Source: Candidatus Latescibacterota bacterium (GTDB lineage: Bacteria; Latescibacterota; UBA2968; UBA8231). From it: a stretch of DNA of 64,000 bases. The DNA lies in NCBI GenBank assembly GCA_965219385.1, contig CBDCNM010000002.1:4288305-4352304 (forward strand), written 5' to 3'. A program made the position numbers and the translations under genes. The first letter of the stretch is position 1. Every line of letters starts with the position of its first letter. Below the pieces are notes generated by a model. The model did not search any database and had not been told where the DNA came from. It saw only the letters and a program-made list of their open reading frames with translations. This document shows, piece after piece, positions 44,370 to 54,415 of the stretch.

Positions 44370-44458
44370 GGTCGTCTGCTCCTGATAGAGGTTGGCGGGC
44401 GATCCGAGGGGAATGGACCCGCTGAACAATGGTAGAATATGGCATAGCTACGGCCGCC

Positions 44459-46086
44459 CTACTTGAAACGATTCTTTATCGCACCCCAGGATTCTTCTTC
44501 AATTACAGCGGGAGCGAGGAACACGGCTGGATACACCTTCCTGATTCTGCTGCTGACGCCGGGCAGTTCGGACAGGGGCACCAGCAGCGGCACGGGCACA
44601 CAAGCCCCAATCAGCCCCGGAGGGTAGGCGTCCTCGTCCTTCCAGATGTGGCGCGGGGGGATGGAGATGCCGTGGTCTGCAAGAAAGCGGACAACCACGT
44701 CAACGCTCTCTATCGTGTAGATTCCAATGTCCACATAGATTGACGGGGCCGGCTTGGACGGGTCCCATGTGAGGAAAGCCCCAGGGAAAGGTGGGGCGTA
44801 GAGATCGCATTTCCCAGGAACGACGGTGTTCGTCACGCGCCCCGCCGCGAGCGCGTCCTCGTAGGCCTCGACCAGATCACTGAGCGAACCCAGCTGGGGA
44901 TACCGGTACGGCGGGAGCATAAAATGCACGGTCAGGCCGGTCAGCCCCGACACATCCACATCCCGGTCGATATACAGATCGGTCAGGCCGGTCAGCCCCG
45001 ACAGCGGCGATCCACATCCCGGTCGATATACAGATCGGTCAGGCCGGTCAGCCCCGACAGCGGCGACACATCCACCACCCAGTTGTGCTCCAGACGCAGA
45101 GCGGTCAGGTTGGTCAGACCGGCCAGGGGCGACAAATCCGAGATGTTGTTGTCCGAAAGACCCAGATAGGTCAGGTTGGTCAGACCGGCCAGGGGCGTCA
45201 CCTCCGTGAGCGCGTTGGACGAAAGACGCAGCCAGGTCAGGTTGGTCAGGCTGGCCAGCCCCGCCACCTCCGAGAGGTCGTTGCGCGCCAGATTCAGATA
45301 GGTCAGGTTGGTCAGGCTGGCCAGCCCCGACACCTCCGTGAGCGCGTTGGACGAAAGACGCAGCCAGGTCAGGTTGGTCAGGCCGGCCAGCCCCGACACC
45401 TCCGTGAGCGCGTTGGACAAAAGACGCAGCCAGGTCAGGTTGGTCAGACCGGCCAGGGGCGACAAATCCGAGATGTTGTTGGACGAAAGATCCAGCTCGG
45501 TCAGGTGGGTCAGGCCGGCCAGGGGCGACAAATCCGAGATGTTGTTGTCCGAAAGATCCAGCCAGGTCAGGTTGGTCAGGCTGGCCAGCCCCGACACCTC
45601 CGAGAGGTCGTTGCGCGCCAGATTCAGAGAGGTCAGGTGGGTCAGGCCGGCCAGGGGCGACACATCCACCACCCAGTTGTGCGCCAGATCCAGCTCGGTC
45701 AGGCCGGTCAGGCCGGCCAGGGGCGACACATCCGAGATCTTGTTGCGCGAAAGATCCAGCTCGGTCAGGTTGGTCAGGCCGGCCAGGGGCGACAAATCCG
45801 AGATCCTGCTGTGCTCAAGATTCAGAGAGGTCAGGCCGGTGGCAAATTCCAACCCGGTCAACGCGAAAATGCTCGCATCCGGCGCCTCCAAAACGGTCAA
45901 CCGCGCCAATTCGACTGCCCGGATCGGCGCCCCCTCCGACAGGCCGAGGCTATCCTTCAGCACCGCCCGCAGCCTGGGATCCGGCACCCTCACAACTTCC
46001 TCCGGGGCAGGGTCGGTCTGCGCCCACCCGGCCGACAGGCTCAGGTAGATCAATCCCAAGGTAACCCCACTTTTAAAGCCGTGCAT
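44459..46086 (-). CDS. Internalin-like LRR protein 4 (frameshifted by a partial duplication near 44950-45060)
   Basis: Signal peptide, PD..LR cap, 22-aa LRRs, propeptide-like domain, EEESWGAIKNRFK tail. Confidence 0.85.
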
Positions 46087-46142
46087 GATCTTCTCCTCCT
46101 GCTAGAGGATGGCCGGGTAGCGAAAGGCCCGCCACGGCCGTC
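46087..46142 (-). repeat. 56-bp intergenic RBS-containing repeat between LRR genes (also 47484-47539, 49537-49592, partial 51033-51068)
   Basis: ...ctttcgctacccggccat(c/t)ctctagcaggaggagaagatc-ATG precedes each LRR gene. Confidence 0.92.
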
Positions 46143-47483
46143 CTACTTGAAACGATGCTTTATCGCACCCCAGGATTCCTCTTCGATTACAGAGGGACTC
46201 CCATATGAGGCTGGAATTATGATCCCGACTTCGTAGACGCCGGGCTGTTCGGACAGGGGCACCAGTAGCGGCACGGGTACACAAGAAGAAAGCAGCCCAT
46301 ACCAGAAGGCGCCTTCGGGATCGTCCTTCCAGATGTACGCGGCGATGCCGTGGACTTCGAGAAAGCGGGCGACCGCGTCAACGCGCGACCGCGTGTCGGT
46401 TTTAATGTCTACATAGATTGACGGGGCCGGCTGCGCCGGATCCCATGTACGGAAATCCCCAGGGTAAGGTCGGTCGTAGAGATCGCATTTCCCAGGAACG
46501 ACGGTGCCCGTCACGCGCCCCGCCAAGAGCGCGTCCTCGTAGGCCTCGACAAGACGACTTAACGAATGCAGCTGGGGATACCGGTACAGGGGGAGCATAA
46601 AATGCCGGGTCAGGCCGGTCAGATCCGACAGCGGCGACACATCCACATCCCGGTCGATAAACAGATTGCGCAGGCTGGTCAGGCCGGCCAGGGGCGACAC
46701 ATCCGTGATCCAGTTGTGCGCCAGATCCAGATAGGTCAGGCCGGTCAAGCCGGCCAGGGGCGTCACATCCGAGATGTTGTTGCCCGAAAGATCCAGCCGG
46801 GTCAGGCCGGTCAGACCGGCCAGGGGCGTCACATCTGAGATCCCGTTGTCCGCAAGATCCAGCCAGGTCAGGCCGGTCAAGCCCGACAGCGGCGACACCT
46901 CCACCACCGCGTTGGACGAAAGATATAGATAGGTCAGGCCGGTCAGGCCGGCCAGGGGCGACACATCCACCACCCAGTTGGCCGAAAGATTCAGCCAGGT
47001 CAGGTTGGTCAGGCCGGCCAGGGGCGACACCTCCGAGATGCTGCTGCCCCTAAGACCCAGATAGGTCAGGTTGGTCAGGCCGGCCAGGGGCGACACATTC
47101 ACCACCGCGTTGCCCGACAGACTCAGATAGGTCAGGCCGGTCAAGCCCGACAGCGGCGCCAGGTCGGAGATGGCGTTGCTGTTTTCCCAGGGCCACTTCC
47201 CGGGGCCCGACCCCAGATTCAGCCGGGTCAGCCCGGTGGCAAATTCCAACCCGGTCAACGCGGCAATGCCCGCATTCGGCGCCTCTAAGACGGTCAACCG
47301 CGCCAATGCGACCGCAGTGATCGGCGCCCCCCTCGACAGACCGAGGCTATCCTCCAGCACCGCCCGCAGCGCGGCGTCCGGCACGGTCACGACTTTCTCC
47401 GCTGGCGGGTCGGTCTGCGCCCCCCCGGCCGACAGGCCCAGGTAGATCAATCCCAAGGTAATCCCACTTTTAAAGCCGTGCAT
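46143..47483 (-). CDS. Internalin-like LRR protein 3 (intact)
   Basis: 446 aa; signal, cap, LRRs, propeptide-like domain, EEESWGAIKHRFK tail. Confidence 0.9.
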   Translation of the reverse strand: MHGFKSGITLGLIYLGLSAGGAQTDPPAEKVVTVPDAALRAVLEDSLGLSRGAPITAVALARLTVLEAPNAGIAALTGLEFATGLTRLNLGSGPGKWPWENSNAISDLAPLSGLTGLTYLSLSGNAVVNVSPLAGLTNLTYLGLRGSSISEVSPLAGLTNLTWLNLSANWVVDVSPLAGLTGLTYLYLSSNAVVEVSPLSGLTGLTWLDLADNGISDVTPLAGLTGLTRLDLSGNNISDVTPLAGLTGLTYLDLAHNWITDVSPLAGLTSLRNLFIDRDVDVSPLSDLTGLTRHFMLPLYRYPQLHSLSRLVEAYEDALLAGRVTGTVVPGKCDLYDRPYPGDFRTWDPAQPAPSIYVDIKTDTRSRVDAVARFLEVHGIAAYIWKDDPEGAFWYGLLSSCVPVPLLVPLSEQPGVYEVGIIIPASYGSPSVIEEESWGAIKHRFK

Positions 47484-47539
47484 GATCTTCTCCTCCTGCT
47501 AGAGAATGGCCGGGTAGCGAAAGGCCGGCCACGGCCGCC

Positions 47540-49536
47540 CTACTTGAAACGATTCTTTATCGCGCCCCAGGATTCTTCTTCAATTACAGCGGGAGTGTCA
47601 AACCTGGGTGGAATCACCTCCTCGATCCTGAGGACGCCGGCTTGTCCGGACAGGGACACCAGCAGCGGCACGGGCACACAAGCCAAAAGCTTCCCCTGAA
47701 TGGTGCTTGCGCTATCGCCCTTCCAGGTGTCCGCGGCGATGCCGTGGTCTGCAAGAAAGCGGGCGACCGCGTCAACCCGCGCGGGCGTGTCGGTTTCAAT
47801 GCCCACATAGATTGACGGGGCCGGCTGCGCCGGATCCCATGTACGGAAATCCCCAGGGGAAGGTTGGTCGTAGAGATCGCATTTCCCAGGAACGACGGTG
47901 CCCGTCACGCGCCCCGCCAAGAGCGCGTCCTCGTAGGCCTCGACAAGACGACTTAACGAATGCAGCTGGGGATACCGGTACGGGGGGAGCATAAAATGCC
48001 GGGTCAGGCCGGTCAGATCCGACAGCGGCGACACATCCACATCCCGGTCGATATACAGATTGCGCAGGCCGGTCAAGCCCGACAGCGGCGACACATCCAC
48101 CACCCAGTTGTGCTCCAGATGCAGAGAGATCAGGCTGGTCAGGCCGGCCAGGGGCGTCACATCCGAGATGTTGTTGTCCGAAAGATCCAGCCAGGTCAGG
48201 CCGGTCAGATCCGACAGCGGCGTCACATCCGAGATGTTGTTGTCCGAAAGATCCAGCCGGGTCAGGCCGGTCAGGCCGGCCAGGGGCGCCACCTCCGTGA
48301 GCGCGTTGTCCCTAAGATATAGATGGGTCAGGCCGGTCAGGCCGGCCAGGGGCGCCACCTCCGTGAGCGCGTTGTCCCTAAGATATAGATGGGTCAGGCC
48401 GGTCAGGCCGGCCAGCCCCGACACCTCCGTGAGCGCGTTGCGCTCAAGATCCAGAGAGGTCAGGCCGGTCAGGCCGGCCAGGGGCGCCACCTCCGTGAGC
48501 GCGTTGTCCCTAAGATATAGATGGGTCAGGCCGGTCAGGCCGGCCAGGGGCGCCACCTCCGTGAGCGCGTTGTCCCTAAGATATAGATGGGTCAGGCCGG
48601 TCAGGCCGGCCAGGGGCGCCAGGTCGGAGATGTCGTTGCGCTCAAGATCCAGAGAGGTCAGGCCGGTCAGGCCGGCCAGGGGCGCCAGGTCGGAGATGTC
48701 GTTGCGCTCAAGATCCAGAGAGGTCAGGCCGGTCAGGCCGGCCAGGGGCGCCACCTCCGTGAGCGCGTTGTCCCTAAGATATAGATGGGTCAGGCCGGTC
48801 AGGCCGGCCAGGGGCGCCAGGTCGGAGATGTCGTTGCGCTCAAGATCCAGAGAGGTCAGGCCGGTCAGGCCGGCCAGGGGCGCCAGGTCGGAGATGTCGT
48901 TGCGCTCAAGATCCAGAGAGGTCAGGCCGGTCAGGCCGGCCAGGGGCGCCACCTCCGTGAGCGCGTTGTCCCTAAGATATAGATGGGTCAGGCCGGTCAG
49001 GCCGGCCAGGGGCGCCAGGTCGGAGATGTCGTTGCGCTCAAGATCCAGAGAGGTCAGGCCGGTCAGGCCGGCCAGGGGCGCCAGGTCGGAGATGTCGTTG
49101 CGCTCAAGATCCAGAGAGGTCAGGCCGGTCAAGCCGGCCAGGGGCGACACATTCACCACCGCGTTGCCCGAAGACTCAGATAGGTCAGGCCGGTCAAGCC
49201 CGACAGCGGCGCCAGGTCGGAGATGGCGTTGCTGTTTTCCCAGGGCCACTTCCCGGGGCCCGGCCCCAGATCCAGCCGGGTCAGCCCGGTGGCCCATTCC
49301 AACCCGGTCAACGCGACAATGCCCGCATCCGGCGCCTCTAAGACGGTCAACCGCGCCAACGCCACCGCGGAGATCGGTGCCCCCTTCGCCAGACCGAGGC
49401 TATCCTCCAGCACCGCCCGCAGCGCGGCATCCGGCACCCTCACAACTTCCTCCGGGGCAGGGTCGGTCTGCGCCCCCCCGGCCGACAGGCCCAGGTAGAT
49501 CAATCCCAAGGTAATCCCACTTTTAAAGCCGTGCAT
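47540..49536 (-). CDS. Internalin-like LRR protein 2 (1-bp deletion near 49170)
   Basis: 66-bp units with a 198-bp higher-order repeat; gcccgaagac here versus gcccgacagac in paralogues. Confidence 0.85.
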
Positions 49537-49592
49537 GATCTTCTCCTCCTGCTAGAGGATGGCCGGGTAGCGAAAGGCCGGCCACGGCCGCC

Positions 49593-51032
49593 CTACTTGA
49601 AACGATGTTTTATCGCGCCCCAGGATTCTTCTTCAATTACAGCGGGAGTGTCATACCGGGGCGGAGACGCCTTCGCGATAAAATGCACGGTCAGGCCAGT
49701 CAGATCCGGCAGCGGCGACACATCCACATCCCGGTCGATCCACAGCTCGCGCAGGCGGGTCAGGCCGGCCAGGGGCGACACATCCGAGATCCTGTTGCGC
49801 CCCATATGCAGATAGGTCAGGCCGGTCAAGCCGGCCAGGGGCGTCACATCCGAGATGTTGTTGAACGAAAGATTCAGCCAGGTCAGGCGGGTCAGGCCGG
49901 CCAGCCCCGACACCTCCGTGAGCGCGTTGGCTTGAAGACTCAGCTCGGTCAGGTTGGTCAGGCCGGCCAGGGGCGACACATCCGTGAGCGCGTTGCGCCG
50001 AAGACATAGATGGGTCAGGCGGGTCAGGCCGGCCAGCCCCGACACCTCCGTGAGCGCGTTGAACGAAAGATTCAGCCAGGTCAGGCGGGTCAGGCCGGCC
50101 AGCCCCGACACCTCCGTGAGCGCGTTGGCTTGAAGATTCAGCTCGGTCAGGTTGGTCAGGCCGGCCAGCCCCGACACCTCCGTGAGCCTGTTGCGCTCAA
50201 GATTCAGCTCGGTCAGGTTGGTCAGGCCGGCCAGGGGCGACACCTCCGTGAGCCTGTTGCGCCAAAGATCCAGCTCGGTCAGGTTGGTCAGGCCGGCCAG
50301 GGGCGACACATCCGTGAGCGCGTTGTACCCCAGATCCAGATAGGTCAGGTTGGTCAGGCCGGCCAGGGGCGACACATCCGAGATCTTGTTGTCCGAAAGA
50401 TCCAGCTCGGTCAGGTTGGTCAGGCCGGCCAGGGGCGACACATCCGAAATCGCGATCCGACTGCCCCTACTATCCTTAGCGTTCCCAAGATTCAGCTCGG
50501 TCAGGCTGGTCAGGCCGGCCAGGGGCGACACCTCCGTGAGCCTGTTGCGCCAAAGATCCAGCTCGGTCAGGTTGGTCAGGCCGGCCAGGGGCGACACATC
50601 CGAGATCTTGTTGTCCGAAAGATCCAGCTCGGTCAGGTTGGTCAGGCCGGCCAGGGGCGACACATCCGTGAGCCTGTTGCGCTCAAGATCCAGATAGGTC
50701 AGGCCGGTCAGGCCGGCCAGGGGCGCCAGGTCGGAGATGGCGTTGCGATTGGGCCAGGTCCTCGTGGAGTCCGGCCCCAGATCCAGCCGGGTCAGTCCGG
50801 TGGCAAATTCCAACCCGGTCAACTCGACAATGCCTGCATCCGGCGCCTCCAGGACGGTCAACCGCGCCAATGCGACAGCAGTGATCGGTGGGCCGAGCCG
50901 ACGCTCCAGCACCGCCCGCAGCCGGGCGTCCGGCACGGTCACGACCGCCGGGGGCGGGTCGGTCTGCGCCCACCCGGCCGACAGGCTCAGGTAGATGAAT
51001 CCCAGGGCAATGCAACTCTTAACGCGGTGCAT
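49593..51032 (-). CDS. Internalin-like LRR protein 1 (intact, no propeptide-like domain)
   Basis: 479 aa; LRRs run straight into the EEESWGAIKHRFK tail. Confidence 0.9.
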   Translation of the reverse strand: MHRVKSCIALGFIYLSLSAGWAQTDPPPAVVTVPDARLRAVLERRLGPPITAVALARLTVLEAPDAGIVELTGLEFATGLTRLDLGPDSTRTWPNRNAISDLAPLAGLTGLTYLDLERNRLTDVSPLAGLTNLTELDLSDNKISDVSPLAGLTNLTELDLWRNRLTEVSPLAGLTSLTELNLGNAKDSRGSRIAISDVSPLAGLTNLTELDLSDNKISDVSPLAGLTNLTYLDLGYNALTDVSPLAGLTNLTELDLWRNRLTEVSPLAGLTNLTELNLERNRLTEVSGLAGLTNLTELNLQANALTEVSGLAGLTRLTWLNLSFNALTEVSGLAGLTRLTHLCLRRNALTDVSPLAGLTNLTELSLQANALTEVSGLAGLTRLTWLNLSFNNISDVTPLAGLTGLTYLHMGRNRISDVSPLAGLTRLRELWIDRDVDVSPLPDLTGLTVHFIAKASPPRYDTPAVIEEESWGAIKHRFK

Positions 51033-51289
51033 GATCTTCTCCTCCTGCTAGAGGATGGCCGGGTAGCCGGGGTGGGTAGTCGGCCGCCGCGTAGTCGGTG
51101 GCCGCGGCCGGCAGGGCCCAACTCAAGCCGAGCAGGGCCGTTAGAGTCAAGTACAGCGTCTGCGTTCCCATGATGCTTTTCCTCCATCATTGAGGGGGGG
51201 ATCAGAATTCCAATGCCAGCAAAGGGCTCGAAAGCCCCCAGACCGTTGCTAACGCGATCCCAAGCCCGTTTGAGCCGGTTAGCAACGAC

Positions 51290-51500
51290 GAAAAAGCCCG
51301 ATAGCAGGCCATGGAGCCCCCTCGGCGTCCCCTGCCCGGTGATTGTGCGCATCACCAACCCCAGATTGAAGGCGCCGCCATGAATACACCGGCGTTTGTA
51401 GATCTTTTCATGGCCACGCAGGGGCGTACGTCGCATGTCCCCCGTTTCATACGCGTGGGCCGAAACTACGTTCCGTATACTCAGCGCGACGCCGTTGCAA
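51290..51500 (-). pseudogene. IS1182/IS5-like transposase C-terminal remnant
   Basis: AHAYETGDMRRT.LRGHE.I.KR..IH..AFNLGLVMR...G.GTPRG. Confidence 0.6.
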
Positions 51501-51650
51501 GGCCGGACCACGGGCCCCTCGTAGGCGCCGTCGGTAAGCAAAGGCGGCGGCTTCTTTCCTTCATCGTACAGGCTCGCCTCCAGATTGTCCGTCCGAACAG
51601 GCATGAAGGTGCTCATGATTTCTCGTCTCCAGGCTTTGGGTAGCAACCAT

Positions 51651-53822
51651 TCAGCCATCCTCGCAATGAACGACGCATACCTCGCCTGACGACATCTCCA
51701 GTTGAAAGGCCCCGTCGCTCAGATCGAGTTCTTGTTCTTGCAGCAGATCGCGGGCGGCTTTGATGCCCCAGCGCGGTTTCACCTGCGCGTTTGCGGTGCT
51801 GTCCTCCAGGTTGAGGAGAAAGACCAGAGAACCGCCCTGCTTGGAAAAGCGGCGGAAGGCGACGACGCGGTTGCCGGCGATCTCGAACCACGAATCCACC
51901 CCTGCACCCTCTATCAGCGCCAACGCGACATCGTCGTGCACCAGCTCCACCGGCGCGGGCGACCCGGGCTGGCCGGTCACGTTCGAAAACGACGTGGCCG
52001 CCAGGGTAAACCCGAACCAGGTGAAGCGCCCATCCGCCGACTGCACGCCCACCACGTCGTCTCCAAGAGTGGCGCTGGGCCTGGTGTCGCCGCGCGGCTC
52101 CAGGATCGAGTAGGTGGTTGAGGAGGAGACCTCGAACTGGCCGCACTCCATCTTTAAAATGTTCCTGCCGGCCCGCACATCAAAATCATTGACCACGTCG
52201 AAGTCGGCGATGCGACACTCGATCAGGTCGTCGAGGCCTTCGGGCGGCTTGTAGCTCCAGTGGCCCTTGCCGGCGAAGGTGGCGAAGTAGCCGTCGGCGA
52301 CCAGGTGCGGCCCGTCCGCTTGCTCGAGCAGGCCGCGCAAGCGGGTAAGGGCCGCGGCATCCAGCGCTGCGAAGTTGGGCAGGTACACCAGCTTATAGTG
52401 CGACCAGTCCATGGCGGGGGTCACCAGGTCCATGGCCACGCTGTGGGGCCACAGGGCGCGGTACAGGGCGCGGTGCCGCTGGATGAACCTGGTGCCCATG
52501 CCGTTGAAATCGAACAGGTTCTCGCTCGGCCCACTGTAGGCGATGGCCAATTCGGCGGGCGGAATCGAAAGGGGTAGATGGGGCGCAAGCTCGTCGATCT
52601 GGGCGATGACCTTCTCGGCGGCCCGCAAGCGCACGGTCGGCTCGCCGTCCAGGGCCGCGATGTTCAGGCCGGGGGCCTCAAAGGTCATGTACTCCGGCCG
52701 GTACTGCCAGAACATGGCGCCGGCCCCGCCTTCGATCAGGGTCAGCCAGACGTACAGGGCCGACTCCTCGCCCAGGGTCATCTTTTCGCTCGGCTGCAAG
52801 CCGCCGACGAAGCTGCCGTAAATCTCCTCGTTCCACCAGCGGTTGTCTCGCCCCATGGCGCGGCACCATTGAAAGCCGTAGGCTTCGCAGGCAATGCTGT
52901 AAGGTTCGTCGGTCGTCAGCCGGTTGGCCGAGTGGTGCGACAGGCCCCAGCTGTCGACCTGCGGGCTGACGGTCTCGTGGTGGGGGGCCGGGTACGAGCC
53001 GCCGTGAGAACGCTGCTCGTGTTTGCCGTCGAGGCGGTCGACCAAGTCGGCCATCCAGCCCAGGTGGTCGGCCATGTTTTCGTAGTGGAACTGGAGGTAG
53101 AGGCGCATCTCCACCAGCGCCTCTTTGCTGCGCGGGGCGTCGACATCCTCCCACGAGCGATAGCGGCGGAGCAGATACTGGTTGAGTTCATCCAGGGTGT
53201 AGCGCTGGTAAAGCCAGTCCTTGTACTTGGCGATGGTGTAATCGTTGTAAGGTGGATACGGCTCGGGAGCGGTCCAGGCGCTCGCCAGGCCAATGCCGTC
53301 CCAGGTGCCCCAGATGCCCATGGCTTCGTGGTCTTTGTAGCGCGGCACCAGCTGGCGGATGTAGCGTTCGACGTAGACCCGCCACCTGGGGTGGTCGAAA
53401 TTGTGGGTCATGGATCCGTGCGGCGCGAAGGCGCCGGCCCTGTCCTGCTGCACGCTGCCGTCGCGCCACACCACCCGCATGTCCGGGTGCTGGCGCAGCA
53501 TCCAGGCCGGGCAGGCCATGTGGGTGCCCAGGGGGGCATCGATCCAGACCTTCAAGCCGTGTTTGGCGGCCAGGTCGAAGAGCAGGTCCAGGTCGTCGAA
53601 CTCGTAGCGATTCGGCAGGGTCTCGACCCAGTTCCAGCTGTACCAGACGCGGATGAGACTCATGCCGATAGCGCTGATGCGGCGAAAGTCCTCATCCCAG
53701 AACTGGGGCGGCGGCGCCGGCGGGCGGTAGTATTCCGTGCCCACGGGGAAGGGCCTGGCGAAGATGGCGGAAAGGTCTTTTTTGTGGCTGCGCAGTTGCA
53801 TCCAGGTGCTGTCTGGGCCCAT
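51651..53822 (-). CDS. GH42-like (beta-galactosidase family) protein with trimerisation-like domain
   Basis: GTEYY, W..D...I...G...IR, WNWVE...Y.FD.LD, P.W....PD and FWQYR motifs. Confidence 0.75.
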   Translation of the reverse strand: MGPDSTWMQLRSHKKDLSAIFARPFPVGTEYYRPPAPPPQFWDEDFRRISAIGMSLIRVWYSWNWVETLPNRYEFDDLDLLFDLAAKHGLKVWIDAPLGTHMACPAWMLRQHPDMRVVWRDGSVQQDRAGAFAPHGSMTHNFDHPRWRVYVERYIRQLVPRYKDHEAMGIWGTWDGIGLASAWTAPEPYPPYNDYTIAKYKDWLYQRYTLDELNQYLLRRYRSWEDVDAPRSKEALVEMRLYLQFHYENMADHLGWMADLVDRLDGKHEQRSHGGSYPAPHHETVSPQVDSWGLSHHSANRLTTDEPYSIACEAYGFQWCRAMGRDNRWWNEEIYGSFVGGLQPSEKMTLGEESALYVWLTLIEGGAGAMFWQYRPEYMTFEAPGLNIAALDGEPTVRLRAAEKVIAQIDELAPHLPLSIPPAELAIAYSGPSENLFDFNGMGTRFIQRHRALYRALWPHSVAMDLVTPAMDWSHYKLVYLPNFAALDAAALTRLRGLLEQADGPHLVADGYFATFAGKGHWSYKPPEGLDDLIECRIADFDVVNDFDVRAGRNILKMECGQFEVSSSTTYSILEPRGDTRPSATLGDDVVGVQSADGRFTWFGFTLAATSFSNVTGQPGSPAPVELVHDDVALALIEGAGVDSWFEIAGNRVVAFRRFSKQGGSLVFLLNLEDSTANAQVKPRWGIKAARDLLQEQELDLSDGAFQLEMSSGEVCVVHCEDG

Positions 53823-53859
53823 GTTCGCGTTCTTGTTGTGGGTGGTGCTTGGAGAACTT

Positions 53860-54030
53860 CACGGAATCGGTGGGTGGGGCCGTGCGGGGCTTGTGCCTCT
53901 GGCGTTTTATGATGTCCAAGGCGCTCTTGCCCCTCGCTACCCCCCCAGGCAGGCCTGAGTCCCAGAGCCCCCTTTTTCCCTGCTCCACCCCCCCATAAAA
54001 CGCCGACGGCAAAATCCCCTCCCGGCCTCC
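53860..54030 (-). repeat. Dispersed structured leader element, copy 4
   Basis: Near-identical to 25368-25536; ends about 37 nt upstream of the GH42-like start. Confidence 0.9.
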
Positions 54031-54098
54031 GGAGTATTGTCCGTCTGTGAACCGCTCAAAGCCCGCATAAAGGAAGGCTCTCTATGAACGATTTTCAA

Positions 54099-54127
54099 AG
54101 TCTAAGTCATACCAAGTGAGACTGCAA
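54099..54127 (-). promoter_or_regulatory. Candidate sigma70 promoter
   Basis: TTGCAG-17bp-TAGACT on the minus strand, upstream of element copy 4. Confidence 0.5.
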
Positions 54128-54415
54128 GTTTCAGGTGGGGTGGATTCCCAAGTGTCGTAAAAAAGTCCTGTATGGACCACTGAGAAAATACTTGGGGATG
54201 CTTGAGCATCCGGGCATACAGCGCCGCAAGGCCAGGACAAGCGTAGCAAGAGTGCCTATCTTTCAATAGATTAATGGATCAGATGGTATCCTGGATGGGG
54301 GCAGAAGCGCTCTCAAAGTCGTTGCCCGGTTGCGAAAGGCCGACGTCACACGGCTACAAAAATCATTGCAGGGGCGAGGTGAAGTCGTCCCTTTAACCAC
54401 GAGGAGCTCAAAAAA

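Noticed and set aside
44930..50720. Regular 66-bp repeats as a CRISPR array
   Set aside because: They are in-frame LRR coding units without unique spacers, and no cas genes are present.
45085..51173. Long plus-strand GQAGQ/VRPVRP ORFs
   Set aside because: Antisense shadows of the LRR repeats.
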